Part shown: positions 39,751-52,021 of the stretch, one piece after another
How the letters are laid out: each line of letters begins with the position of its first letter
Numbering within the stretch: the first letter of the stretch is position 1
NCBI GenBank assembly: GCA_003344405.1
Contig: NOWV01000201.1
Span: 62,001 to 126,000, forward strand
Length of the DNA: 64,000 bases
Reading direction: 5' to 3'
From: Trichoplax sp. H2
Lineage: Eukaryota
Translations under genes and position numbers: made by a program
The notes under the pieces: model-generated
The model's database searches: none
What the model saw: the letters and a program-made list of their open reading frames with translations, nothing else
Told to the model about the DNA's origin: nothing

Positions 39751-42700
39751 TTATTTAGTAAATAAATGACTTTTGTCATACTAATTAGAATAGATAACTT
39801 TAGCAAGAGTTTCTAATGAAAGTTAGAATTATACAACTACAATACTCCATTTTTTTGGGGGGGGATATAAGAGGGAGATCAAGGAATCTAAGCCAGCTCT
39901 TCTATATATTTAGTTAATATCATGAAAACACAACGGTTACATTGTATCATCCTCGTGATTTAGGTGCAGTAAGCGCTAGCTTGGTTTAAACAGCAACTTA
40001 CAGAATTGCCTTTGAGATTAATCTCAGATCTCCGAATATATAAAAACTAATTTCTTTTCCTTCCAAGAATTGTCTGCCTTTGTATTACAAGTGTGAGTCG
40101 GAGAATTGTATTTGCCTATCAAAAATAAACTGCGGTTGGAAAGTTTATACAGTTAATACAATCTCGTAGACTATGGACCTTTAGATCTTGGAAATCTAAA
40201 AGCTCACACATAGCTAATAAGAGTGTCAATATGGATGGATTAGAGTGATGGATCTCCTAGCCTATCACTTGGATAACTTGATCTATGATGTCTAAATAAA
40301 GAAATTATAATCTAATTTTATATGGCATTTTAATCTATTTTTGGATAGCTCTTAAAAGTTGATCATCATTGACGTCATTGTGGACAATTGGATCAATAGT
40401 GCTAGCTGCTGTTCAGGCAACAATAGTTGACGTAATCGTCTTCTATTCCATAAACTTTTTGTAATGATCATTTTCAGGCTTACATTCTATTGCCGCTTGT
40501 TTAAAATCATAAAAGAATTCAATAGCAGGACCAAGCGTTCAATGTGGCCTTTCTATTTTATAGATAAACCTATATGGGTATACTATGTACCTATGGTCAA
40601 TAAAATATATTTTTTAATTTCACTTATCGACCATGTCTTAAAATAAATAGTGGAATAGCAACATAATTCATTCCTGATGGAAGTAGGCAATCGATCATCA
40701 TCCTATTTTAACTTATTCTCAAATAAATTAAAAAATCGTCCGCACTCTCAATTGAACGCCATCGTTATGTGTTGTAAATTCGCTCTAGTCTTTCGGGTAT
40801 CTGTCTAAACTTGCTATTATATTATATTTATAAATAAGTAACTAGAAGAAAAATACTTGCATCGATCTTATTTCTATTGAGCGAAATATTTGTTAATTGT
40901 AAAACCATTCCGTTATTTTCTTCAAATTTAGATCTTATTAAATAATTTTAAAATCGCCTTCATTGCTCTTATTTTTTTTTAATGTGCCAGTAATCCTTTA
41001 TTTAATATAACAGCTTTTTATACCTTTGATATTTCTATAACTTTTAGATTTTAGATCAATACAATAACGATTACAAGGTTGTCGTTTATATGGAAAAATA
41101 ATATTTACCATAACCAATTTACTACTGAAGTTGTTTTGATAAACAGCCTCTAAAGGAATAATGATTACTACCTCATATATCTACCTCCTTTAGAGTACTA
41201 TTAATTATTTTTCATTTTTAGATAGTAAAATTGACTAAATTATTGATATAAACTCGATTATCTATTAACCAACATGATCTACTTATGGAAATAAATTGAA
41301 GCATGACGATGAAAAACTTTTTCTTTTCCATGACGACTATAATACTAATACTTTGTTTAAATCAACAAATTTCACTCTCCTCGTATTTTCATTTCTATCA
41401 TTTTCGGAAAGTTCATCTTGAGCACGATGTTCTACTTTGTTTTGAAAGTCTATTTTATGCTTGCAAATGGCATCCATTCTTAGCCGCAATAGATATATTC
41501 ATACCGCAAATTCAAGTGATTGCATAGCTTAATATTACTGGAGTATAAGCGTGGTATAATTTTCTACAGTATGTTATTCTTGTTTACTTTATTGACTATC
41601 TTGTTATTGACGATAACGAGGACAATTAGCAATAACAAACATGGACATTGATTACTTTGGCTTCAGTGGCGCATTTTTTGGCATGATATGCAACCCCTAA
41701 ATAGAAGATTTTTGCTTCTACAAATAGGATAAGTGACCTTCTTGTTAGATGTTAAACTCAATATACATCTAAATTTAAAATCTCTACTCTTTATGAACAA
41801 AATCGGCCAATGTTACCGCGATGAAAATAATATTATAGAGTAGAACAGTAAGGAATAGTGGAAAGTTGATTTCCGCTCAATTGCAATCTGCATAGTAACC
41901 TCTTCTATACGCAATAATTTAAGGAACTTATGTGGAATTCTATTCCCGACCTCTTGCCATAATTACTAGAACAAAGCCAGAGGAAGTCAAAATTAAATCT
42001 AAATTCTAGTTATGATAATCGTAAATAAAGCTAATGAATTGATGAATAGCAAGATAAAGCCTTATTCATTAGATCATCGTTTCCATAAGAAAAGTTATCC
42101 CTAATAGTTTGCAGGTAGTAAAGACCATAATACTTAATGGGGGTGTTCCGAAGAAGAATTATTTAATAAGAGGATACTTTTTACGATAAATTTCATGGAT
42201 TTGGACTGTAAAAGTTATTGCTTTATCTTAAAATAATGAAATAATTCTTGCAGAGAGATGTATTATCTGGTGTATTCTAAATTATGATCTTGAATTGAAT
42301 GGTAGGGTACCACCATGATAACAGGTCTAATAAGAAAAGAAAAAAATGACTTGCTTGTATATCATCATGATATGTATTTTTAGTTGATACCATACTAGAC
42401 CTTGGCATCTACAGATAAATTTATTTATATAACACAAGTCGATAGGAAGGCTAACAGCAATCATCACTGTAAGACATATCTTGAAAAGTATAACGCTAAA
42501 ATTGACAAGAATAGAACTGATGCTATTTGAATTGTCATCTTCGACGATATCAGCATGATCAGATGATAGGTAAGGAGTGATTTCAATGGATGAATTTGAA
42601 AATATCTGATTTTGTTACTGAAACGATAGTAATTTAGTCCATGTTTCCATATGGTTTATACGTGCGGAATTTATTTTAGCAATGATGCTGTCTGGTAATC

Positions 42701-44438
42701 CTATTTACTTGGTGATAGTAAATTTGTTTATCTAATTAGTGGGTATCATTTTACATGTCTGTGAAAATAATATAATGAAGGATTCTTTCACTAATAAGCT
42801 CGAGCGTTAATCAATATTGAAATTATGGATAATTTCACGCTCTAAATCTTACTCTGACTATTCTATCGCAATTTTATGTTAGCATAGTCAATATTTGTAC
42901 TTGACAGAGCCATTCAAAAGATTCCTGTCGTGATATTGTCAGGATAACTTTATATTGGATCCGATTGAGCTCCTACTGCTTGTTCCTTCAAATGTCTCTT
43001 TTTCTACCTCCTCTCATAAAATATATAAGAATAAAAAGTCAAAGCCTACTACCTTCTATTGAAATGCTTTGGTGGATAATGAGTAGATGCAATTTAAATT
43101 CAGTCAGCCGAGCATCGTGTATTGGAAAATTAAACTGAATAGGCTCCTTTCTATTCATTTTTTAGTCTATTTTTAATCATTAATTGATGTATTACACAAT
43201 ATAAAACTTGAATAAGATTGTCGTAACAATAACGTAATCATAATAGGAATTTTATTCTCCTATTTTATCGAGTTGATAACGTATTTCCTAGAGGCATGGA
43301 TGATCGACATCCATAAATAATTGTTTGGATCACAGCGATGATTTAATTATTTAATGCAAGGCCATTGTTTCATCACGTTAATTTACATTTTCTTTTGCGG
43401 CTGTTGTAGTAACGAAATCAATTTAAGATCGATTCAGTTCTACTTTGCCCTGTGCTATATTACTGGTCAACATCATTGTGACATATGGAAGACTTTTTAA
43501 AGTGGTGTTGGCTTTTTCCGATACCTATCAGCAGGTCAAGATTGTAACATATTGGAATAGAAGATCGGAGGAAAAAAAAAGTTGATGTCAATCAGGTACT
43601 GATATTGCCTAATATCTCCAATCGTTGATCATTGGATATTGAATAGAAACGAGTTTTGTCTCAATATAATTTCGTTGCTTTCCCTAGTACGGGTTATAGA
43701 TGATTCCAGAGTGTAATCCTTATTGAAATACATTAGTATTAGTTTAAATGAAATGGTGATCAGAAGAAAAGAAGCAATGTCTATTATACTGGAATTGTTC
43801 TACTTGATATTTCAACTGCAATTTACTGTGATAGCAGATTCATTTTCGTTCTAATACAATCAGCCGATAGTTTTATCCTTTTAAACTTGAAAACTGTTTA
43901 TTTTTCTTTGACCATTCTATTGATTAAAGTGAATTGAGAATAGATTTCAACTTTATCCTATAGTTATCCCATAACACTGAATGACTGCTGTTGTAAGATT
44001 ATAAAGACTCAGTTTACTCAACAGTCAATAAAGTTATCCTATCTAGTATGCCCAACGATTACAGAGACACTAGATCAAGTTAACTTTGAAATGATAGAGT
44101 GATTAATCATCCTTTAAACTAAGCCATTATCAGTCTAGACTATAAAGAGCAGTAAAAATAGAGATGAAAAGAGTTATTATCAAATTAGTATAGTTGCTCT
44201 TGTTGCTAGAAGAGTGTTGATATTTGCCTGTACTATTACGTACTAACTTGAAAGCGAATGCTGCTAAACGTTTTATTATTTTTCTTTCTAATTTTTTGTC
44301 TTTCTATCATATCCGGTAATATCTTCCAGAAAACGGAATTCATTTTTCCATTTGTAAAGTTTAAATCAATATTCTCTTTTCTTGTGTAGCGGATAATCAG
44401 AATCACTGAATCACTGATGTTTTGCTAAGGTGGCATCG

Positions 44439-45515
44439 ATGGTAACGACATATTCTAGCACTATGGAGATAACTCCATCCATCTCATCATCGACAACAAC
44501 ACCAAAACAAGAAGACAACTCAGCGGCCATTTTTGGCTATGCCCTTATTTTTATTCTGTCATTGATTGGCAATACTTTAGTAATATTAGCATCATGGAAA
44601 CGGCGCTATTTTTGCCCTAATTCCAATACTGTGATTATCAATATTGCCATTTCTGATTTGATCATTACGGCATCGATACCCTTTTATGCGTACAATTCAT
44701 TAACAAGAAGCTTTCCGTTTGGCTTATTTGCTTGTAAAATTGTCTATGCTTCACGCAATTTTGCCATCTATTATGCATCCTATTTATTAGTGATCATAAG
44801 TATAATACGTTATGTCACATTATTTCATGTTGAAATGATTCCATTAAAGAAAAAAATGGTTAATACGGGAATGCTGATGGCTGGTATTGCAGCTTTTGCT
44901 ATGACATTTCCACAATTGATATTATTTACGACTACTGCACCGACGACCCCAAATGAACAAATTAATTGTGGTGAAATATGGCCGGCAAATTCCATAGTAT
45001 CTCGACGAGCCTATGGTGCAGTTGTATTTATTGTTTTTTTCGCTTTGCCATTAATGATTATTAGTGTACTCTACCTGACCATATCTACCCACATGTGTAG
45101 CTTAAAATATGATACTCGCAGCAATACTCCTATTGAGAGCGAAGAGCAAGTTAATGCTCCACCAACTTATGCTATCCGCGCCGTGGTATCCATGCTATTG
45201 GTTTGTTTCACATTTTTCTTATGTTATTTACCGCCCTATTTGGTTGTTCTACTCTTAGATTTTAAAGTTATTTCAGACTCTGATCCTACTGTGTCTGCTT
45301 TTTTAAATTTCACCAGTTGGATTGGCTATGTTCATTCCTTTGTCAATTCAATTATTTATGGGCTATTAGATCGAGATTTACGCCATGAATTAAGGGTTAT
45401 GTTCAAGCATCGATGTTATCAAATTTTTAAATGTTGTAGCCGACGCCATTGCTGGGGTTCAAAGCAACGTCGTGTTATTGCCGTTGCTCCGGTGGAAAAT
45501 TATCAACTTCGCTAA
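44439..45515 (+). CDS. Single-exon class A GPCR (peptide-receptor-like, divergent)
   Basis: Ser/Thr-rich N-terminus, TM1 'GN', TM2 'IAISD', 'FPFGLFACK', TM3 'IIRY', TM6 'CYLP', TM7 'NSIIY'. First ATG is at 44439, after a splice acceptor at ~44390. Confidence 0.92.
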   Translation: MVTTYSSTMEITPSISSSTTTPKQEDNSAAIFGYALIFILSLIGNTLVILASWKRRYFCPNSNTVIINIAISDLIITASIPFYAYNSLTRSFPFGLFACKIVYASRNFAIYYASYLLVIISIIRYVTLFHVEMIPLKKKMVNTGMLMAGIAAFAMTFPQLILFTTTAPTTPNEQINCGEIWPANSIVSRRAYGAVVFIVFFALPLMIISVLYLTISTHMCSLKYDTRSNTPIESEEQVNAPPTYAIRAVVSMLLVCFTFFLCYLPPYLVVLLLDFKVISDSDPTVSAFLNFTSWIGYVHSFVNSIIYGLLDRDLRHELRVMFKHRCYQIFKCCSRRHCWGSKQRRVIAVAPVENYQLR

Positions 45516-47914
45516 TCTACTATCGATAAGACATAAATTTATCCGGCAGAATTATCCACTTTTCAGCTCCTTGTTTTACTTTTGATCAATTTATAATTTT
45601 ATATCTAAGCTAGCTAAAGGTAGAAGTAATAGATTCTCTCACTAACTTTGCGCTATGGCTCATTTTCAACCCTAAATCTGTATTACTTCTGTTTAGTATT
45701 TTATACACTTGCTTACAGTACATTAATAATAATCCTCTATACTAACAAATTGATATATCCATCCTTAAGGTAATTCTGGGATGAGAATAATATTGAAAAT
45801 GAAATCTTATGAAGACTATTTCAACCCTAATAGTTTAAAAACACTTTTATACTGCACATATAGCAGTACTCTAGCCTATTTTCTATTATTACAGTATGGT
45901 ACTTGGATGCCATTATTAGCTTACCGGTAATTATCCATTCGGTTCTGTTGCCTTTAAACCTAATTTAGATACTATTTTTTACCGTATTTTAATATGCTTT
46001 GTAAACTATTCAAATAGCTAATTATCAGTTGTTAATTAGCTTTGTTAAGGTGTGCAAAAAAATAGTATCATGGAATTAGAATCATAAAATGTAAGATATC
46101 ATTTTTTTTTATTACTGGTAAAAATTCAAGAAATTTTCCTTCTTGAACAGTTCAGTATAATTAATATACTGAATGGCATGCAAAGTATCTCTATTATTGT
46201 AGAAACTAAAGTTGCATATGATTAAAATTAATTCAAAATTCTTAATTGCAAAAGAGTTTCAAGTCCACATTTTATCCTAATGTTTTATTTAAAATTTTAA
46301 TCAATTTGCTTTTATATCCTTGCAAAGGCTGTTAATACGTATATCGATAGTTTGCCATATTATCGTAGCAAGTAATTTGTAGAAACACAATTATTACTGC
46401 CACCATTTCAATTGCCGATTTACTTGTTTAATTGAAATCTTTTTTCTATCTCCTTACTGCCTATCAAATTTGTAAAATTTCTTCGGATTTGGACTGTCTA
46501 TGTTTTTATGCAGCCTTAATCAATAAACAAATCTCTCATCACAGCAATATCGTTAAAAGGCACAATCGGAATAATAACATATCTCCGGCACTAGTTTAGT
46601 ACGAAAATCAGCATGCATAGAAATAAAAATATTATATGAACGAATTACGCAATACTAAATTATCAAAAAATTTTCCAATAGTGCGAATTCTGATCTTGTT
46701 TATATCTCTCTTATGCAACCTTATTACGTTAAATTTGACCTTTAATCTCGGATAGATATTTTAAGATAATATCTGTCAAAGTCAATCATTAGTCACCATT
46801 TAACACGTTCCGTCGTAAAAAAATTGCAAATAAAGAAATATCATTGAAATAATATTCTCAAATAATTCTCTACAGGTAATACGCGCATACAATTTATAAT
46901 ATTATAAGATAATATCGGCATTCTAAGTTGATAGCTATCAAAAATAACCATTAGTCAGTATTTAACTTATTGCATCATATAAAAATTACAAATGAAGAAA
47001 TTACATTGCAATAATATTTTAAAATATTCGATGCAATGCAGGTAACTTGTAATTTTCTAAGAAAATGTCTTTCTATTGTGTCAGCTTGACAACTTTTATT
47101 GAGCTTGGCATTAATGTCGCAAATTTTTGAGCATCCTTTAAAAATGAATCATTTTCTTTGAACCAAGTTTTCAGGATTATCTGAAATAATAATATGTCCC
47201 TCATGAACCTTTCTAGGTCTATTCTAGTTGTAAAATATCTATATCTACATTAAGTACAAAACATTATGACAACATTTTAAAGTACTCCTTTAAATTGCCC
47301 TATCGAGGAAAATATTTTTCTGGATATCAACACTATTCTATGTAGTTTTAATTTATTTACATCCGATTATTTTTGTATTGTAGAAAGCAATGGGACTAAT
47401 ACTCCTTCGTATTTACGTGATAAGAATACTATTAACCTGCACGCGATCTGTTGACTTTTAGTGATATTCCTTCAAAGCAATACTGGTATTTTATTCTTTT
47501 ATTAGCGTATATTATTATATGAAAAAAAAAGAGATTTCTATCTCCGGCGACATTAAAGATTGGTTGACTGTTAAATGATTGCTGTCACATCTTCTTTTTT
47601 TTGGTGCTTTTGAATTCTTTTCAGTGACGATCAAAATACACATGGTTCTACTAATTAATTTATACCCTTGAAATACGATTTTAGGTTCGTCATAGAGGTA
47701 ATATAGATTAGTATAGCTTAGCAATTAAAATACTCTTACTAGATTGAATATTGACTGCTGGGAATATTTGCGTTGCCATTAAAATCTAGTTTTGTTGTTA
47801 TGGATCTATATAATTTATAGCATATTACAATTATTAGGGATTCTCCTTACTATTGTCTGAAATTAGCGTCAATTTTATGATTTGCGATATTATGAAATGT
47901 ATTGAGCAATCGCT

Positions 47915-48450
47915 GAAAATGGTCAAGATTTATAATAATGCAAATTGATTTTCTTCAGAATTGTTTTTACGCGTCGATTCTAATCCAAGTATTGACTTAA
48001 GTATTGACTCAATCTAATCATTAAAAACGGTCAGAATCCGCAATAAATGCTGATCGTTTTCTATATTTATTTATAGATTCTGTTGAATTTTGATTCAAGT
48101 ACGGACTTAACCTAATCATGAAAGATAACCAGAATCTGCGATAGTGCAAATCATTTTCTTCATATTTGTTTATGGATTCTACTGTTGATAATTATAATCC
48201 TAGTATTGATATTTCTACTTATTAGAGATGGTCAGGATCTACGACAATGCAAACTACTCTCTTCGTATTTGTTTACAGATTCCAATCCAAGCATTGACTT
48301 AGTCTAATCGTCATAATGTGATCATTAAAAATAGTCAGAGTTTGCAATAATACAATTCATTTTTATCCAAGTATTGAGTTAATTTAATCATTAAAAAATT
48401 GTCCGGGTCTGTAATAGAGTCGAACGCCATATTTGCTTTATAGATTTTAA
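47915..48450. repeat. Degenerate ~90-110 bp tandem repeat (about 5-6 copies)
   Basis: Recurring blocks aaaa.ggtcag.atc.gc.at.atgcaaat...ttcttc.tatttgttta..gattc...atccaagtattgactta.tctaatcatt. Confidence 0.8.
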
Positions 48451-48781
48451 TCTAATGAATATAGTTTTGAATATCATCAATACTATTACGTAATTAATAT
48501 ATATTTAATTACAACTTGAGAGCGAGTATATGTTTATAATAGGTAATTATACTATTATTTATTATTCAGTTTAGATTACTTTTATTTTATCTACACGTGT
48601 TTATATATAAGCAAATATCATGTTAAAAAATTTTCCTATATAGAATGACAACTTTAATGGATAAGTGCAATCAGCTTACCAATGACAGAATCGTAAAATT
48701 TCTTTCTATTCTATTGCTTGGCTATACGTTCACATATAGTTAAGATGTAATATCAGCTTATGAAATAACTAATAATTTATT

Positions 48782-48953
48782 AAAAATAGAGCTGTGCACG
48801 TATGCAATTCATGAATATAACTTCATACTCCATTGAAAATAGAGTTCTACTCTCTACTCATATACAGCTCATGAATAGAACTAATACTTTATTGAAAATA
48901 GGCCTGTACTCGTATACAGCTCATAAATATAACGAATACTTATTGAAAATAGA
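48782..48953. repeat. ~55-60 bp tandem repeat, 3 copies
   Basis: aaaatag...tact(c)gtatacagctcatgaata.aact.atact...attg repeated three times. Confidence 0.8.
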
Positions 48954-50478
48954 ATCGAATGGCAGTTCTAAACTTTAGATTGCATCGTCAAAAGCATATG
49001 GTATCTAATGCTAGATTGATCTATTCATTAATTATACATGTGGTTAAGTAGATTTCGGTGTTGGAGAAATTTTTTATTTCTGTATTTAAGAATTAGCAAT
49101 AAGACTTGACAAGAATTCCTTTAGTATAACATGACAATACGTGCACGTATATTGACTTACAAGCGAACTTTGCTTTGCTTAGTGTCAAATTCAACGGCGA
49201 ACAACATGTTATACATATTATACTACAGGAGAAGGTACCGTCAGCAATGGCGACTGATTATAAAACGATTATTTATTTATTCTTATTCTACTGTACAATG
49301 TAACACTCTGTATGTAATATGTTATGGGCAATAAAATGAACTTTGTCTGGTATACATGTAAAATCTTGATTGGTTGAGGTTATGCTCTCCTTTTTCACAG
49401 TTATGGACCCATTCTTAGTCATTAGATTCTACTCCTATTTTATGTCTTCAAGTTTAGTAAGGGTTCAGTAGCCGGGTACGCATATACGCATATAATATAG
49501 GATTTTTTTGTATCGGCGATCTATAGGTGCAAGTATTCAAGACCTTCAAGTTTATATAGATATCAAAATATATGAGCGCCTTATTTTAGCGATGTCATAT
49601 ACTTCAGCTTTACTATCAGTTGTGCAATACTGTGAATGTAGAAGTTTAGTTAATAAAACCAATTTTACGTTTGTTGGTGGGCTTATAAACATTACGTATA
49701 TAAACAAAATCTTGAATTATGAACAATCATAATGTAGTTGGACTGTGCTTAGTAACCAATATTAGCGGACCTTCTACTTACCATCGCTCATAGTTTGATC
49801 TTAATTAAGACAACCTTTGAATATCTTGTTATGCGCGTATAAGTTAGTAGGTTAGCAGGCAGTTGAACTTACAATTCGTAACAAGTAAGATCAAATTTTT
49901 ACACCGTATACCTTTCATAACTAAATCGATAATTATTAAGACTATCGGAGAACTGGATGCGTCGTATTCACTTCAACAGAGCTTAGCTCGTAGTATTCAC
50001 TAGAAAGATATCAATTAACTGTAATCTATTCTGCGCGTATGCTAGTATTTTCACTAAATAACTATGTCAATAACAATTACGCAGAGATTGAAAAGATCAA
50101 TTATTGCTCGACTTTACGTTTATGATTCACGACTGGATAGCTGTTGTATCGATCCTCCAGTAGTTTCTCAGGCGTATCTGGTACTACTGTGCTTGATTGC
50201 TAAAACGTTTTAATGACACATCACAGACGCCTTAGAATGCTTACATTAACATCCTAGAACTATTAGCCTATTTCAATCAATGCCGTCTTGATCTTGTTCA
50301 ATAGAATGGGAGACAAGTGTAGGTCAGTTGAAAAGATTTTATTACTAATCTTCAGTTGATATTTTTCGTTGTTTCTGATACAAGTTATTACTGTTATACA
50401 TTTAGTTCATGTAATAACCGTGTATATATATATACATCAACTAGTGATGGTTGTCCATTTCAGTTCGAGGGCACTCTC

Positions 50479-51839
50479 TTACTTTGCTCCTGCCGATTTC
50501 TTTAAGGATTTGGCTTTAGTACCTTCACGGAAACCATTACGGAAACGACGCTGAACAAGTTTCAAGTGACGCATACGTCCAGTACCAGTGGTCTTTCTAC
50601 GAATACCCTTTTCGCTCCAGTTATCTAATTAGGTCATTGATAATGTTAGCAATTGCTTATTTCACTGTACAGGTGTAACGCTTAACATCAAGCGATCGAT
50701 CTTAAGGTACCTATAGCATGATGATAACTTGATTCTATTTGATATTTAGATTATGACTATTACTAATAGCTTAATACTGCATGATATATTACTGGACTAT
50801 TTCAATGCTATCCATCTCACAAGACTTACAGTGTCTAGTGCGGGCTGATGGGAATCCACATCGGGCACACCTATGCTTCTGAATATGGTAACTTCGCCGA
50901 CTGCAGCGTCTGCATAAGGTGTGAGTTTTACTAGTTCTTTTACCAAATGACGATGTACCTTTAGTCTAAAAGTCAAGTGATTAAGAGCAAGTTAAAAACA
51001 AGCAGTAGAAATGTTTCCTTTTGCACTTGCAAAAGGGTATCTTGACCATACTATATCATTTCGCATAGAATTCACTATGGAATTAAAAAAAAAGCGACCA
51101 ATGTGATAAAGGTACAACTAAATCGTTTTGTATAATCATAGGAAGAGTATACTAGATAATCTAACATGATGGTCATCCATTTCAGTAGCATTATTCCATA
51201 GCAAGCGGCTAAAGATAGGACCAACGCATACTAAAGTGAATGATAGTCAATCAACCTGTTCAACTAGGTTATCCTTTTCTACTTGATTTACTATCTGACT
51301 ACAGTTTCATTATGAACTCGATATTACGTCTTGGGTATAATAGTAAGATAAAAACTTCTCAATAATGCCAAAATCATTCGTCCCAATAGGAAGGGAAGGC
51401 ACCAACCGATAGGATATCGAACTGTCTTAGCAAGACGTCATGTCGGCGTAGTTATCGATGTACTTGTCGTGTAATAAAGAGTATCGATAGATTCTGAATG
51501 ACTAAGGAATCGATTGAAATGTAGATTAGCTAAGTAAAAGTTGTCTTCTGAAGTAAAATAAACTGATTTCAGACTAGTATCAATCGACTATTGATGCATT
51601 TCGTTTTTGGGCGATATCTAGCGACATCCATCTTGGTGTCCAGAAAGTTGCCAAGAAGCATATACAAGTTAATAAGTACAAAATAATCGTATTCTTACTG
51701 CGTTAATTCCAAAAAAAAATGGATGATACGTTAAAAATTGTATGTAAATAGCATTTGTATGTGGAATAAACGCTTAAAACGCATGAAAACATAGACGATT
51801 GCAAACGATTTTAGCCGCTACTCGTGCCACACTCACCAT
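50479..51839 (-). CDS. RPL37: 60S ribosomal protein L37 (eL37); exons 51839-51837 (ATG only), 50965-50830, 50624-50479
   Basis: [82 protein letters not shown]... with a C2-C2 zinc ribbon. ATG|gtgagt first exon; phases consistent. Confidence 0.97.
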
Positions 51840-51854
51840 CTTGGACAGGCAATG

Positions 51855-51895
51855 GTTGAAGAAGAAAGTTGAAAGGCTGGCAATGCGCATGTGTA
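51855..51895 (-). promoter_or_regulatory. Polypyrimidine (TCT/5'TOP-like) initiator of RPL37, with an upstream TGCGCATG (NRF1-like) motif
   Basis: The minus strand reads cctttcaactttcttcttcaacc 20-35 nt before the ATG, as is typical of ribosomal protein genes; tgcgcatg lies at ~51884-51891. Confidence 0.6.
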
Positions 51896-51945
51896 CCATC
51901 CTGCACTCGTGGGTACCGTGGCGTAGGGCGTAGCCGACGGTACAC

Positions 51946-52018
51946 TACAGTACAGGTACTGTAGGCCTCAGTCTACAGTACAGTATTATACTGTACACTA
52001 CTGTACTGTACTGTATCT
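51946..52018. repeat. Mixed TACAG/TACTG pentamer cluster upstream of RPL37
   Basis: ctacagtacaggtactgtagg...tctacagtacagtattatactgtacactactgtactgtactgta. Confidence 0.9.
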
Positions 52019-52021
52019 GTT

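Noticed and set aside
50966..51836. Intronic snoRNA in RPL37
   Set aside because: No convincing C/D or H/ACA box arrangement on the sense strand by eye; only a short hairpin at ~51017-51038. A covariance-model search is needed
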